DNA from: Ignavibacteria bacterium
GTDB taxonomy: Bacteria; Bacteroidota; Ignavibacteria; Tepidaquicellales; OLB5
Length of the DNA: 64,000 bases
Direction: 5' to 3'
Assembly: GCA_041859235.1 (NCBI GenBank)
Contig: JBHEKV010000060.1
Location: 4,884-68,883, forward strand
In this document: in pieces, positions 42,289-52,408 of the stretch
Numbering within the stretch: the first letter of the stretch is position 1
How the letters are laid out: each line of letters opens with the position of its first letter
Translations under genes and position numbers: made by a program
Notes under the pieces: model-generated
Seen by the model: only the letters and a program-made list of their open reading frames with translations
Told to the model about the DNA's origin: nothing
The model's database searches: none

Positions 42289-43620
42289 ATGATAAAACCT
42301 GCCCTTTGGCTGATTATTTCATTAAACATTGCAGTTACGGCTGCCTTTTCGCAGTGGACTGTGACTTCACAACTTTCAGCAAATGACCTGGGAAGTTACC
42401 CCACAATTTCTGTCCCCAATTGCAGTACAATTGTTATAGGCGGCGGAACCACTAACAATCCCAGAGTATACCTTTCTACCGACACCGGATTGAATTTTGC
42501 AAATATCACCGGAAACATTACCGGCGCAGAATTGTATACAGTATTTGCTTTAAACAAAGATACCATTTTTGCCGGTGATGGCGGAAATCCGGGCGGTACC
42601 GGCGGAAATGCAAAAATATATAAAACTACCAATGGCGGTTTAAACTGGGTTGTTGCATTAACAACCGGAGGTAATAGCGGATTCATTAACGGTATAACTT
42701 TCAGTCAGCTGAATCCTGATTTTGGGATAATTATCAGCGATCCTGCGGAAAACAATGACTCATTCTGGGTAGCAAAAACTCACAACAGAGGACAAACCTG
42801 GCAAATAACAAAAGCGCCAAATACAGCCCAGTATACAATCCAGAATTCAGGTTTCGCAGTTGATAGCTTGTTTTATGGATTCGGGCTCAGCACAACCCCT
42901 GCAAAGTTTTATATGACAACAGACGGTGGAATCAGCTGGGTTGTAAAGACTATCGGATTGAACGGGTTTTCTGTGCCTTCTATTGCATTCAAGTCAGATA
43001 AGATGACCGGGATAGCAATAAGCGATATTGCTTTGCCAAATATCGCAAGGACAACTAATACAGGTGTAAACTGGCTGCCTGTTAACATAGGAGGGAATAC
43101 TTCAGGAATAGCGACTGTTAAATGGATCCGGGGTACAAGTATTTTCTTCCTTGCAGCAAGCAATATCAAACGTTCATCTGATAACGGGATAACATGGTAT
43201 GAAATGAATACCGAAGGTGTTTCCAATTTCGCGCATATGGATGTGTTCCCGACCGGGGCAAACTCAATCTGCGCGTACGCATTGGCTTCAAACGGCAAGG
43301 TGTTAAAATTTGAAGGGGAGCCATTCGGCATAGACCCCAATAATACATCAGTACCAACTGAATTTAAACTTGAACAGAATTATCCAAATCCTTTTAACCC
43401 CGAAACTACAATAAAATACTCTGTGCCCAAAGCCGGTTTGGTTAAGATCTCTGTATATGACCTGAACGGAAAAATGATCAAGCTGGTTACAGAAAATTAT
43501 CACACAATTGGTAATTATACCGAGACAGTTAACCTGAGCGAATTTTCTTCCGGTGTATATATTTATGAGTTATCGGCTGATGCAGTAACCATTTCCGGAA
43601 AAATGGTACTCATAAAATAG
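42289..43620 (+). CDS. BNR/Asp-box beta-propeller protein with T9SS C-terminal sorting domain (paralog)
   Basis: Same architecture (STDTGLNF, TTNGGLNW, THNRGQTWQ, TTDGGISW, TTNTGVNW, SSDNGITW). C-terminus LEQNYPNPFNPETTIKYSVP. Confidence 0.72.
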   Translation: MIKPALWLIISLNIAVTAAFSQWTVTSQLSANDLGSYPTISVPNCSTIVIGGGTTNNPRVYLSTDTGLNFANITGNITGAELYTVFALNKDTIFAGDGGNPGGTGGNAKIYKTTNGGLNWVVALTTGGNSGFINGITFSQLNPDFGIIISDPAENNDSFWVAKTHNRGQTWQITKAPNTAQYTIQNSGFAVDSLFYGFGLSTTPAKFYMTTDGGISWVVKTIGLNGFSVPSIAFKSDKMTGIAISDIALPNIARTTNTGVNWLPVNIGGNTSGIATVKWIRGTSIFFLAASNIKRSSDNGITWYEMNTEGVSNFAHMDVFPTGANSICAYALASNGKVLKFEGEPFGIDPNNTSVPTEFKLEQNYPNPFNPETTIKYSVPKAGLVKISVYDLNGKMIKLVTENYHTIGNYTETVNLSEFSSGVYIYELSADAVTISGKMVLIK

Positions 43621-43742
43621 GTTGTTACCATATCACAAGTTTCTCCCTGCAATAATTTCTGCAATTATAGGAATATTTACTTTAATTGTTAATTCACAAT
43701 TGTTTAATTATATTTGACTCGGTATTAAACTAATATTATAAC

Positions 43743-44744
43743 ATGAATCCATTAATTCATTTATTTCTGGCAGGTTTCTTTTCGGTTGTCCCGATGATCA
43801 TGTATCTGGTTATCATTTGGTGGATGGATAGATACGAACGTGAGCCTTTCTGGCTTGTGAGTATGAACTTTTTCTGGGGAGCAACGGGCGCCATTATTTT
43901 TGGCATTATCGGCAGTATGATAATGGGTCTTGGAGTAACCGAGTTTATATACCAGTTTGCCAATGATTCTGACGCAGGTACGCTTAACAATCTTGCGGGA
44001 GCAGTTATAGTTGCCCCGGTAGTTGAAGAATCCACAAAAGGAATATTTCTTCTTATGATGGCTTTCAGCCGCCATTTTGACGGTCCGGTTGATGGAGCGG
44101 TATACGGCGGGGCTGTTGGGCTCGGTTTTGGAATGACTGAAAATTTCCTTTATTTCATGAGTTTCCCGCAGGATTATGTGGGTTTATTCGCACTAATTAT
44201 TATAAGGACATTGTTTTCAGCAGTTCTGCATTGCTGCACTCAGGCAGTATTTGGCGCTGCGATCGGGTTTGCGAAATTTAAAGGATTGTTCGCAAAGCTC
44301 ACAATTATTCCCCTTGGTTTAGGAATTGCTATTTTCATGCACTTTATGTGGAACCTGACGGTCAGTTTTAATTCAACCGCTCTGATTGGATTTGCATTCA
44401 TGATAATGTCGGTAATAATAATATTCACTGTTTTCCAGTTCGCCGTACATCATGAAGGAAAGATAATACACAGGGAATTGACTGATGAATCAAATACCAC
44501 AGGATATATTCCAAAAGAACATTTGCTGCACCTGCCTTTCACTTCCAAGAGGTATAAAAAAGGCTGGCTTGCATCTGATATTAACCAGAAGGAATATGTC
44601 AAAACAGCTATCAAGCTTGCTATCAGAAAAAACCAGGTTAAGAATATCAAAGCAACCGGTAACAATGTATATGTAAGGGAAGTTGAAACTCTCAGAACAA
44701 AGATCTACACAATATTATTTTACAATCAGCAGAAGACACAGTAA
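43743..44744 (+). CDS. PrsW family intramembrane metalloprotease
   Basis: Polytopic, with VVEESTKG (E-E-x-x-K) and later FMHFMWN (H-x-x-x-N) in TM helices. This is the PrsW signature pair. Confidence 0.75.
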   Translation: MNPLIHLFLAGFFSVVPMIMYLVIIWWMDRYEREPFWLVSMNFFWGATGAIIFGIIGSMIMGLGVTEFIYQFANDSDAGTLNNLAGAVIVAPVVEESTKGIFLLMMAFSRHFDGPVDGAVYGGAVGLGFGMTENFLYFMSFPQDYVGLFALIIIRTLFSAVLHCCTQAVFGAAIGFAKFKGLFAKLTIIPLGLGIAIFMHFMWNLTVSFNSTALIGFAFMIMSVIIIFTVFQFAVHHEGKIIHRELTDESNTTGYIPKEHLLHLPFTSKRYKKGWLASDINQKEYVKTAIKLAIRKNQVKNIKATGNNVYVREVETLRTKIYTILFYNQQKTQ

Positions 44745-44811
44745 ATTATTCAGTACATAAAATTTTCAAAGCCAGTCATGCAGCCGCGGATTGGCTTTTT
44801 AATTTCAATAA

Positions 44812-45633
44812 ATGACCGTTTCGATAATAATAGCCAACTGGAACACAAAAAACCTGATAGAAGATTGTGTGAACTCAATTTTCAGTTCAACGCCAACTAA
44901 CGAATTAAATTATGAGGTTATAGTAATTGATAATGCTTCAACAGATGGCAGCAGAGAGTACCTGCGCTCTGTTAAAGATAAAGTTACACTGATTGAAAAT
45001 GAGACCAATATTGGCTATGCTAAGGCCTGCAACCAGGGAATGAAAATAGCCAAAGGTAAATATGTATTGCTGCTGGGCAGTGATACAATTATGAAAGCCG
45101 GCACTCTTAAAGCCTGCGCGGATTTTCTTGATACAAACTCAAATGCCGGTGCGGCAGCATGTAAGCTTCTTAATCCGGATGGCAGTACACAGAACAGCCT
45201 GAAGAAATTCCCGAAGCTTAAAAATGCGTTCTATACTTATCTTTCGTTTAACAATCTGAACCGTACTTATGACATGGCTGATTTTGATTACAAAAGCACC
45301 ACGGAGGTTGAGCAAGCTGCCGCGACATTCCTTATGATCAGAAAGGATCTGCTTGAGAAAATTTCTTATTTTGATGAATCTTACAGGATATTATACAATG
45401 ATGTTGATCTTTGCAGCAGGATATGGGAAGCCGGTTACAAAATATATTTTCTGCATACAGTTTCCATAATTCATTACGGCAGCCACTCTACAAAAAACGC
45501 TGGTTTTGCCCTCAGGAAAATTATGTACAGTGATATTTACAGGTATTATTCAAAACATTTTGGCTTTAAGGCTAAGTTTTTATACCCTATTTTAGCCTTC
45601 AGACTTATTATAGTATCCACTATTAAATCCTGA
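44812..45633 (+). CDS. Family 2 glycosyltransferase
   Basis: VSIIIANWN...EVIVIDNASTDGS and NIGYAKACNQG (GT-A fold, rhamnosyltransferase-like GT2). Confidence 0.85.
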   Translation: MTVSIIIANWNTKNLIEDCVNSIFSSTPTNELNYEVIVIDNASTDGSREYLRSVKDKVTLIENETNIGYAKACNQGMKIAKGKYVLLLGSDTIMKAGTLKACADFLDTNSNAGAAACKLLNPDGSTQNSLKKFPKLKNAFYTYLSFNNLNRTYDMADFDYKSTTEVEQAAATFLMIRKDLLEKISYFDESYRILYNDVDLCSRIWEAGYKIYFLHTVSIIHYGSHSTKNAGFALRKIMYSDIYRYYSKHFGFKAKFLYPILAFRLIIVSTIKS

Positions 45634-45653
45634 GGAGACATTAAACAATAAGA

Positions 45654-47210
45654 ATGTCATTAAGAGATAAAGTAATAAAGAATACTTTTTACCACTTTAT
45701 AGCACAGGCATTCGGCTTTTTGTCACCATTCGTATTAACCCCGCTTATAATATCGTACATTGGCCAGACTGAATTCGGCATATACGCAATAGTACTTGGA
45801 TTCATCGGTACTTTCGGGCTGCTTGATTTCAGCTTTTCAGCGTCATTTATCAAGTTCATATCAGAACATTATAACCGCAAACAGTACGAAGAACTGAACA
45901 AAACCATTAATACCGGATTGTTCTTTTATATATTCTTTACGATAGCAATTTGTGCTGTTGTGTTGATCTTCTCGAAGCAGGTACTAAGTCTCATCAATAT
46001 CCCCCCTGAACTATTTGAACTTGCGGAGTTTTCTCTATATATAAGCCTGATCATATTTTTTGTTGCAACCTCAAGTACCATATTCGTTTCTGTACTCATA
46101 AGTATTCAAAAGATGTATCTCAACAGTATCATAGGTCTTGTCATAAATATCTTAAATTTTGCAGTAACTTATGTGTTACTTGTATCAGGATTCGGGCTGA
46201 AAGGAATTTTATACGCACAGCTGGGAGCTGTAATTGTGAGTGTTTTCTTTAATATTTTCCTTGCCTACAAAGAAGTTCCGGAGATCAGGATCAGATTTTC
46301 GCTTCTGAACAAAGCTACATTCAGGTCAATGGGTTCTTTTGGCCTTCAGATGCAGGTCTCACGGTTTTCTTCTTTTCTTTCTGAGAAATATGATGAATTT
46401 CTTCTCGGTTATTTTTCGACCTTGGGCAATGTTACCTTTTTTAATCTCGCAAACCGGGTTACCAGGCTTGGGAAGTTTTTCCCGCTGCAGTTGTTTCAGC
46501 AGGTAGCTCCTGTTGCGGCTGAACTGAATGCGAATAAAGATGAGCACAGGCTTAATGAATTGTTCTTTGAAGCAACAAAATATCTCACAGTCTTTTCAGC
46601 TCCTATTTTTTTGTTTATTTTTGTTTTCTCGGAATTATTGATAACTACATGGCTGGGACCCGGCTACGAAATGACAATTTACCTTTTAAGAATTCTGGCT
46701 GTTGGACAGCTTGTCAACCTGCTGATATCCGCTCCCGGGAATTCCATAATACCTAATATGGGTGTACCCAAATACCTTATGTATGAAGGAATTATCAGCC
46801 TTGCGGTAAATCTGGTACTCAGCTTCATCCTTATAAAATACTATGGTATAGTTGGCGCTGCAATTGGTACCACTGCTGCAACTTTAGCGGCATCAACTTA
46901 CATTTACATTACATCCGCAGGTTTTTTCAGAGAAAACCCGTTAAAATTTCTGTATAAAAGTTACTTTAAACCAATAATAATTGCTGTAATACTCTGTATT
47001 TTCGTTTATTTGATTTACTATTATACAATTTCATTTGTTAAACTTCCTGCCGGAAGATTATCGGGAATGCTCCTGATCATAGTCACTTCAGGATCATTTT
47101 TTGTTTCATATGTTCTCATTTTATGGAAATCCGGGTTTCTTAATGAAAGAGATAAAGATAACATGACAAAACTGATGAGATTAATAAACCCGCTCAGGAA
47201 AAGAAAGTAA
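45654..47210 (+). CDS. Polysaccharide flippase (MOP superfamily, Wzx-like)
   Basis: 518 aa, about 14 TM helices. The N-terminus ..KNTFYHFIAQAFGFLSPFVLTPLI.. is typical of 'polysaccharide biosynthesis protein' exporters. Confidence 0.8.
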   Translation: MSLRDKVIKNTFYHFIAQAFGFLSPFVLTPLIISYIGQTEFGIYAIVLGFIGTFGLLDFSFSASFIKFISEHYNRKQYEELNKTINTGLFFYIFFTIAICAVVLIFSKQVLSLINIPPELFELAEFSLYISLIIFFVATSSTIFVSVLISIQKMYLNSIIGLVINILNFAVTYVLLVSGFGLKGILYAQLGAVIVSVFFNIFLAYKEVPEIRIRFSLLNKATFRSMGSFGLQMQVSRFSSFLSEKYDEFLLGYFSTLGNVTFFNLANRVTRLGKFFPLQLFQQVAPVAAELNANKDEHRLNELFFEATKYLTVFSAPIFLFIFVFSELLITTWLGPGYEMTIYLLRILAVGQLVNLLISAPGNSIIPNMGVPKYLMYEGIISLAVNLVLSFILIKYYGIVGAAIGTTAATLAASTYIYITSAGFFRENPLKFLYKSYFKPIIIAVILCIFVYLIYYYTISFVKLPAGRLSGMLLIIVTSGSFFVSYVLILWKSGFLNERDKDNMTKLMRLINPLRKRK

Positions 47211-48278
47211 ATGAAGATCAATTTTATTGTACCTGAAATTACAAGAACAGGCGGAATGAACATCATTTTTCAATATGCAAACAGATTGCTGGAGCGTGGG
47301 CACGACGTAGAATTGTATTCGCCTATCATACCTTTTAATCTTCATAAGAACCGTTTCAGGTGGTATTACTTTAAATACCAGATAAGATCATTGTTGAATT
47401 GGCTGCGCAAAGGAAGAAAGATAATTCCTTCAAATATGTATCCGTATAAGTTTAAAATAAATTTTGTACCGGTTATGCTTAATATGTTCGTAAGGGATGC
47501 TGATGTATCCATTGCAACATCATGGCCTACGTCATACCCGGTTTATCATTTCAGCGCCGCTAAAGGAAGGAAATATTACCTTATACAGGATTATGAAAAT
47601 TGGAATGCAAATGTTAAATTAGTAGATAGATCATACAAGCTTCCCTTAAAAAGAATAGTTTGCTCAAAGCATATGCAGAACCTGATTTACAAAAAATTCG
47701 GATCTGAATCCGAGCTGATTTATATAGGTTTGGATAGAAACAGATTTGAAAATAAAAATAAGAAATACAACGATCCGCCAGTAATAGTTTTTCAGGATCA
47801 TTCGCTTCCTAACAAAAATGTGGCAGCTGCAATATACACCTGCAGCAGGATCAAAAGTGAATATCCGCATATCAAATTCAGGGCTTTTGGTGTTAAGAAA
47901 TACAATGATCTGCCGTCATATATTGAGTTTCACGAAAATCCCGGAGACAGAGCTTTGACAGAGATTTATTCAACATCAGATATTTTCCTGTTTTCCAGTA
48001 AATATGAGGGTTTTGGCTCTCCTCCATCAGAAGCTATGGCATGTAAATGTGCGATAGTAGCCAACAAAGTAGCCGCAATCCCGGAGTATTCCAATCATAT
48101 GGAAACGGCAATTCATGCTGATCCTGAAGATCCTGACGGGCTGTATAAAGGAACAAAGTTCCTTCTTGATCATCCTGATAAACTCAGGGAAATTTCAGAA
48201 GCAGCTTATATCCACATCAGGGAATTTATGAACTGGGACAAAAGCATCATCCATTTTGAAAAATTCATAAGTAAGTAG
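47211..48278 (+). CDS. Family 4 (GT-B) glycosyltransferase
   Basis: C-terminal E-x7-E region SKYEGFGSPPSEAMACKCAIVA. Start abuts the flippase stop. Confidence 0.78.
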   Translation: MKINFIVPEITRTGGMNIIFQYANRLLERGHDVELYSPIIPFNLHKNRFRWYYFKYQIRSLLNWLRKGRKIIPSNMYPYKFKINFVPVMLNMFVRDADVSIATSWPTSYPVYHFSAAKGRKYYLIQDYENWNANVKLVDRSYKLPLKRIVCSKHMQNLIYKKFGSESELIYIGLDRNRFENKNKKYNDPPVIVFQDHSLPNKNVAAAIYTCSRIKSEYPHIKFRAFGVKKYNDLPSYIEFHENPGDRALTEIYSTSDIFLFSSKYEGFGSPPSEAMACKCAIVANKVAAIPEYSNHMETAIHADPEDPDGLYKGTKFLLDHPDKLREISEAAYIHIREFMNWDKSIIHFEKFISK

Positions 48279-48279
48279 A

Positions 48280-49224
48280 TTGCTGATCTCAATAATAATT
48301 GTAAATTACAATACCGGCAGTATTCTAAATGACTGCATCAATTCTGTTAATAAAATTGAAAAAAGCAGTGATACTGAAATTATTATTGTTGATAATTATT
48401 CATCGGATGACTCAAAGGAGATTATCGCGCAGTTATCAGGCAAATACAAAAATGTAAAATATGAATATACAGAATCACTGATAAGTTTCTCAGCAGCTAA
48501 CAACAGGGGGATAAAACAGGCATCGGGTGAATTTATTTTGATAATGAATCCGGATATTATTTTTACTGAACCTGTGCTGGAAAAACTTATATCATTAATG
48601 AAAAGTAACGAAACAATTGGGGCTATATCACCTGCTTTAGTTGGTACCGATGGAAAATTTCAGAGGAATTATTTTCAGCGGTATCCATCTATCAGACAGT
48701 TTATTTATTATCACTCAATTATTGCTAAATTTTTTAACCGCTCTGCTAAGAGGATGAACAGGTATCTTGAGAATCAGGATATAGATATATCGACCGGCAA
48801 AATTTATTTCACTGAACAAATACCGTGCGCGTTTTTTCTTACGGGAAAAGATACAATTACTGAACTGGGTCTGATGGATGAGTCTTACAAATTGTTCTTT
48901 GAAGATGTAGACCTAAGCTATAGATTCGCACAAAGGAACAAATTACTTGCTGTTGATACCGGCGTCAGTGTAACACATCACGGAGGATCAAGTTTTAAGA
49001 CAAAGGAAAACTGGTGGCTGCACGGCAGATACATAATGAGTATGTTGAACTTCTTTATAAAGCATTACTCTCCCGCTAGAACAACATTTCTAAGAATATT
49101 GATCAGAATGAATTCATATACAATATTGCTTATTGAAGCCATAAAAAGTCTATTTGGCAGAAAAGATGAATACAGATTTAAAAAGCATAAACATCTCATT
49201 CAATTATTGAGGGAAGAGAATTGA
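48280..49224 (+). CDS. Family 2 glycosyltransferase
   Basis: ISIIIVNYN..EIIIVDNYSSDDS, SAANNRGIKQASGEFILIMNPD, FFEDVDLSYR. TTG start. Confidence 0.85.
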   Translation: MLISIIIVNYNTGSILNDCINSVNKIEKSSDTEIIIVDNYSSDDSKEIIAQLSGKYKNVKYEYTESLISFSAANNRGIKQASGEFILIMNPDIIFTEPVLEKLISLMKSNETIGAISPALVGTDGKFQRNYFQRYPSIRQFIYYHSIIAKFFNRSAKRMNRYLENQDIDISTGKIYFTEQIPCAFFLTGKDTITELGLMDESYKLFFEDVDLSYRFAQRNKLLAVDTGVSVTHHGGSSFKTKENWWLHGRYIMSMLNFFIKHYSPARTTFLRILIRMNSYTILLIEAIKSLFGRKDEYRFKKHKHLIQLLREEN

Positions 49225-50180
49225 TAAGCATAGTTATCCCAAATTATAACGGGTCAGAGCACTTAAAGACATGTTATGCGTCTTTAAAAAAACAGACTAT
49301 GCAGGATTTTGTGGTTATACTTGCCGATAACGGCTCAAAAGATGACTCGGTTGAATTTACTAAAGAACAGTTCACTGATTCAGTAACAACTGAAATAGGT
49401 TATAACTCAGGCTTCGCAAAAGCCGTTAATGAAGGGATTAAATACTCTCTTAAACACTTCAACAGCAATTTAATATTACTGCTTAATAACGATATTGAAT
49501 TGGAAGCTAGTTTCCTAGAAATTGCTCAAAAATCATTAAATTCTGACTCAAATGCCTCAATATTGGCAGTTAAAATGCTGAACTATTTTAACCGCGATAT
49601 TATTGATGACTGCGGGGATTTTATAAAGGCAAACGGTGGCTCACCGCTTGCGCGCGGGAATAATGAAAAGGATATTGGGCAATATGATAAACCAGAATAT
49701 ATTTTCGGCGCATGCGCCGGTGCAGCTTTCTATAAAAAGGAAGTATTTGAAGATATAGGTTTGTTTGATGAAACATTCTTTGCATATTATGAAGATATTG
49801 ATCTCAGCTTTCGCGCACAGTTGGCCGGTTACAAATGTTTGTATGAACCAAATGCAGTTTGTTACCACAAACGCGGCGGCACAAGCTCAGTTGCGACTCA
49901 CGGCTTCCAGACTGAAATGTGTGAGCGGAATCTGGTTTTGATGCGCATCAAAAACTATCCACTATCAATTTACATGCTCTACCAACCGCTGTTTTTTATT
50001 GCGAGATTGAAAAGATATTACTCGTTACTAAGATTCCATTCTTTTACAGTACTTGCACGGGCAATAAAAGGATATTTGCGCGGCACTTTTTTACTTACTT
50101 CAAAACTGCCTGCAAGATCTAAGATTCAGAAAAACCGAAAAGTGACAGCAAATTACATAAAAGGATTATTCGTAAAATGA
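49221..50180 (+). CDS. Family 2 glycosyltransferase
   Basis: ISIVIPNYNG..VVILADNGSKDDS, LLLNNDIE, YYEDIDLSFR. TTG start overlapping the upstream stop. Confidence 0.85.
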   Translation: MISIVIPNYNGSEHLKTCYASLKKQTMQDFVVILADNGSKDDSVEFTKEQFTDSVTTEIGYNSGFAKAVNEGIKYSLKHFNSNLILLLNNDIELEASFLEIAQKSLNSDSNASILAVKMLNYFNRDIIDDCGDFIKANGGSPLARGNNEKDIGQYDKPEYIFGACAGAAFYKKEVFEDIGLFDETFFAYYEDIDLSFRAQLAGYKCLYEPNAVCYHKRGGTSSVATHGFQTEMCERNLVLMRIKNYPLSIYMLYQPLFFIARLKRYYSLLRFHSFTVLARAIKGYLRGTFLLTSKLPARSKIQKNRKVTANYIKGLFVK

Positions 50181-51208
50181 ACGAGGCAGTTTCAATAATA
50201 ATACTGAATTATAACGGCAGGCAGTTTTTAAACGATTGCCTGGGCTCTGTATTGAAGCAGTCTTACAGCAATTTTGAATTGATCTTATTTGATAATAATT
50301 CTGCTGATGACAGTATTGGTTTTGTGGAAAGTAATTTCATTGATAACAGGTTAAAACTTGTACGATCTGACCGAAACATTGGTTTTGCAGGCGGTAACAA
50401 TGAAGCGCTGAAACACTGCTCTAACGACATAATAGTTTTACTGAATAATGATACAGTTGTTGAATCAGACTGGCTTGGGGCCCTTGTGGAAGCAGTGAAG
50501 GAAGGCAATACCATTGCTTCTTCTTTTGTGATCACTGAAGGAATTCCTGAAAAGTATTACGAAACGAATGGTTCGGTATCTTACCTGATGTATAACATCA
50601 TGAATATATTTCCTGATATCGAAGATGAGTTTTACCCAAATGGCTGTTCATTGGTATTCAGGAAAAGTGAGGTCGGAAATCCGTTTGATGAAGATTACTT
50701 TTTTTATGGTGAGGATGTTTACCTGGGGCTGAAAGCCCGGTTTAAAGCAATGAAGGTTAAATTTGTGAAGAATTCTGTAGTTCACCACAAAGGCTCAGGT
50801 TCAGCTGCATCAAACAGCTTCCGCACGTTTTGCCAGGAGCGTAACAGGTTTATGAATCTGTATTTATTTTTCAGCTTAGGTTTTATTCTTAGAATGCTTC
50901 CATATATCACATTTAATCATACTATCAAAACTATTCTTTCACTGTTTTCACGCAGGCATTCAACAATCGGACTCTTAAAGGCATATCTTTGGTTCTACTT
51001 TAATATCCCAACTATCCTAAAAAAAAGAAAAGAACTTAAGGCTGCAAAACAGGTTAATGAAAAAGAGATCATTAAGTACATTTCATGTAAAATAGTAAAT
51101 GATGGCTATGCATTTGCTTCAATATTAAACTCTCTTTCATATGTATACTCACGGCTTACAGGCATTAAACCTGTTGAATATTATTTAAAAAATAAAATGC
51201 TGTTATAA
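50177..51208 (+). CDS. Family 2 glycosyltransferase
   Basis: VSIIILNYNG..ELILFDNNSADDS, GFAGGNNEA, VLLNNDT. ATGA overlap with the upstream gene. Confidence 0.85.
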   Translation: MNEAVSIIILNYNGRQFLNDCLGSVLKQSYSNFELILFDNNSADDSIGFVESNFIDNRLKLVRSDRNIGFAGGNNEALKHCSNDIIVLLNNDTVVESDWLGALVEAVKEGNTIASSFVITEGIPEKYYETNGSVSYLMYNIMNIFPDIEDEFYPNGCSLVFRKSEVGNPFDEDYFFYGEDVYLGLKARFKAMKVKFVKNSVVHHKGSGSAASNSFRTFCQERNRFMNLYLFFSLGFILRMLPYITFNHTIKTILSLFSRRHSTIGLLKAYLWFYFNIPTILKKRKELKAAKQVNEKEIIKYISCKIVNDGYAFASILNSLSYVYSRLTGIKPVEYYLKNKMLL

Positions 51209-51283
51209 AATTTCGATTATACTGCCCTAATCACTTACTACAATCAATTTTAATGCTTATTTTTGTAATCAAACAATTCAATT

Positions 51284-52408
51284 TTGGGTAAATTTAAGAT
51301 ATTACAGCTAATTGATGGCGGTTTTTTAGGCGGCGGACAGACGAATGTGCTATCCATTGCTAAAAATGCAGATAGAACCAAGTATGAAATATCGATAGCT
51401 GCTGCCGGAGGAGAAAAATTTGAGGAGGAAGTCCAAAGGAATAATATCACTTTTTACCCGATAGAGCTGCCAAAGCTGCTGAGAACAAAATACCTGAAAA
51501 AGCTTGAGACTCTTTATGAAGAGCAAAAATTTGATCTCATACACACGCACGGCGGCGTTGCGGGGTTTTACGGCAGGATACTGAAAAAACACCACCCTGA
51601 AATTAAATGTGTACATACGATTCATGGAATACATTACATAAACAGCGGCAATCTTTTGAGGAAAAGCGTTTCAAAGACTATAGAGCAGTATCTTGTACAG
51701 TTTACTGACAGAACAATTTGTGAAACTCATAATGATTTTTTAACAGCTGTAAAGAATAAAATTGCGGACAGAGTTAAAACTGATATTATACCGAACGGAA
51801 TAGATGTATCAAAGTTTGCGAACTTAAAAAAGAATTCTGCATTAATTAATGAACTTGGTTTGAATGCAGAGAATTTCATCATAGGAAATATTTCACGGTT
51901 TGATGAACAGAAAAATCAGCAGTTGATCTTGCAGGCAGCCTACTTTCTGATACGAAAGTACCCGCAAATGAGATTTGTTTTTGTAGGATCAGGTAAACAT
52001 CTTAAACAAATGCAGGACCTTACCCGGGATTCAAACCTTGAAGATTATGTAATATTTGCAGGTGAGCAGGAAAATCTTGTTGATTATTATTCTATCTTTG
52101 ATATTTTTGTATTTCCTTCTTTGTGGGAAGGTATGCCATATGTTCTGCTTGAGGCGATGGCTTCAAGGCTGCCGATAATCTGCAGTAATCTGCCTAACAT
52201 GCGTGAGGTTGTAAAGAATGATTATTCAGCTTTTACTATAAATCCGCGCGATATGGATGATCTGTTCAGAAAAATTTCAGCGATGTACCAAAGCAAGGAT
52301 TTGAGAGAAGAAATGGCGCAGAATGCTATGATCGAATCGACACAGTATGACGTATCAGAAACTGTACCGAAAATTGAGCATGTTTATGATGAGGTACTTT
52401 CATCATGA
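51284..52408 (+). CDS. Family 4 (GT-B) glycosyltransferase
   Basis: PSLWEGMPYVLLEAMASRLPIICS (E-x7-E). N-terminus ILQLIDGGFLGGGQ. TTG start. Confidence 0.85.
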   Translation: MGKFKILQLIDGGFLGGGQTNVLSIAKNADRTKYEISIAAAGGEKFEEEVQRNNITFYPIELPKLLRTKYLKKLETLYEEQKFDLIHTHGGVAGFYGRILKKHHPEIKCVHTIHGIHYINSGNLLRKSVSKTIEQYLVQFTDRTICETHNDFLTAVKNKIADRVKTDIIPNGIDVSKFANLKKNSALINELGLNAENFIIGNISRFDEQKNQQLILQAAYFLIRKYPQMRFVFVGSGKHLKQMQDLTRDSNLEDYVIFAGEQENLVDYYSIFDIFVFPSLWEGMPYVLLEAMASRLPIICSNLPNMREVVKNDYSAFTINPRDMDDLFRKISAMYQSKDLREEMAQNAMIESTQYDVSETVPKIEHVYDEVLSS

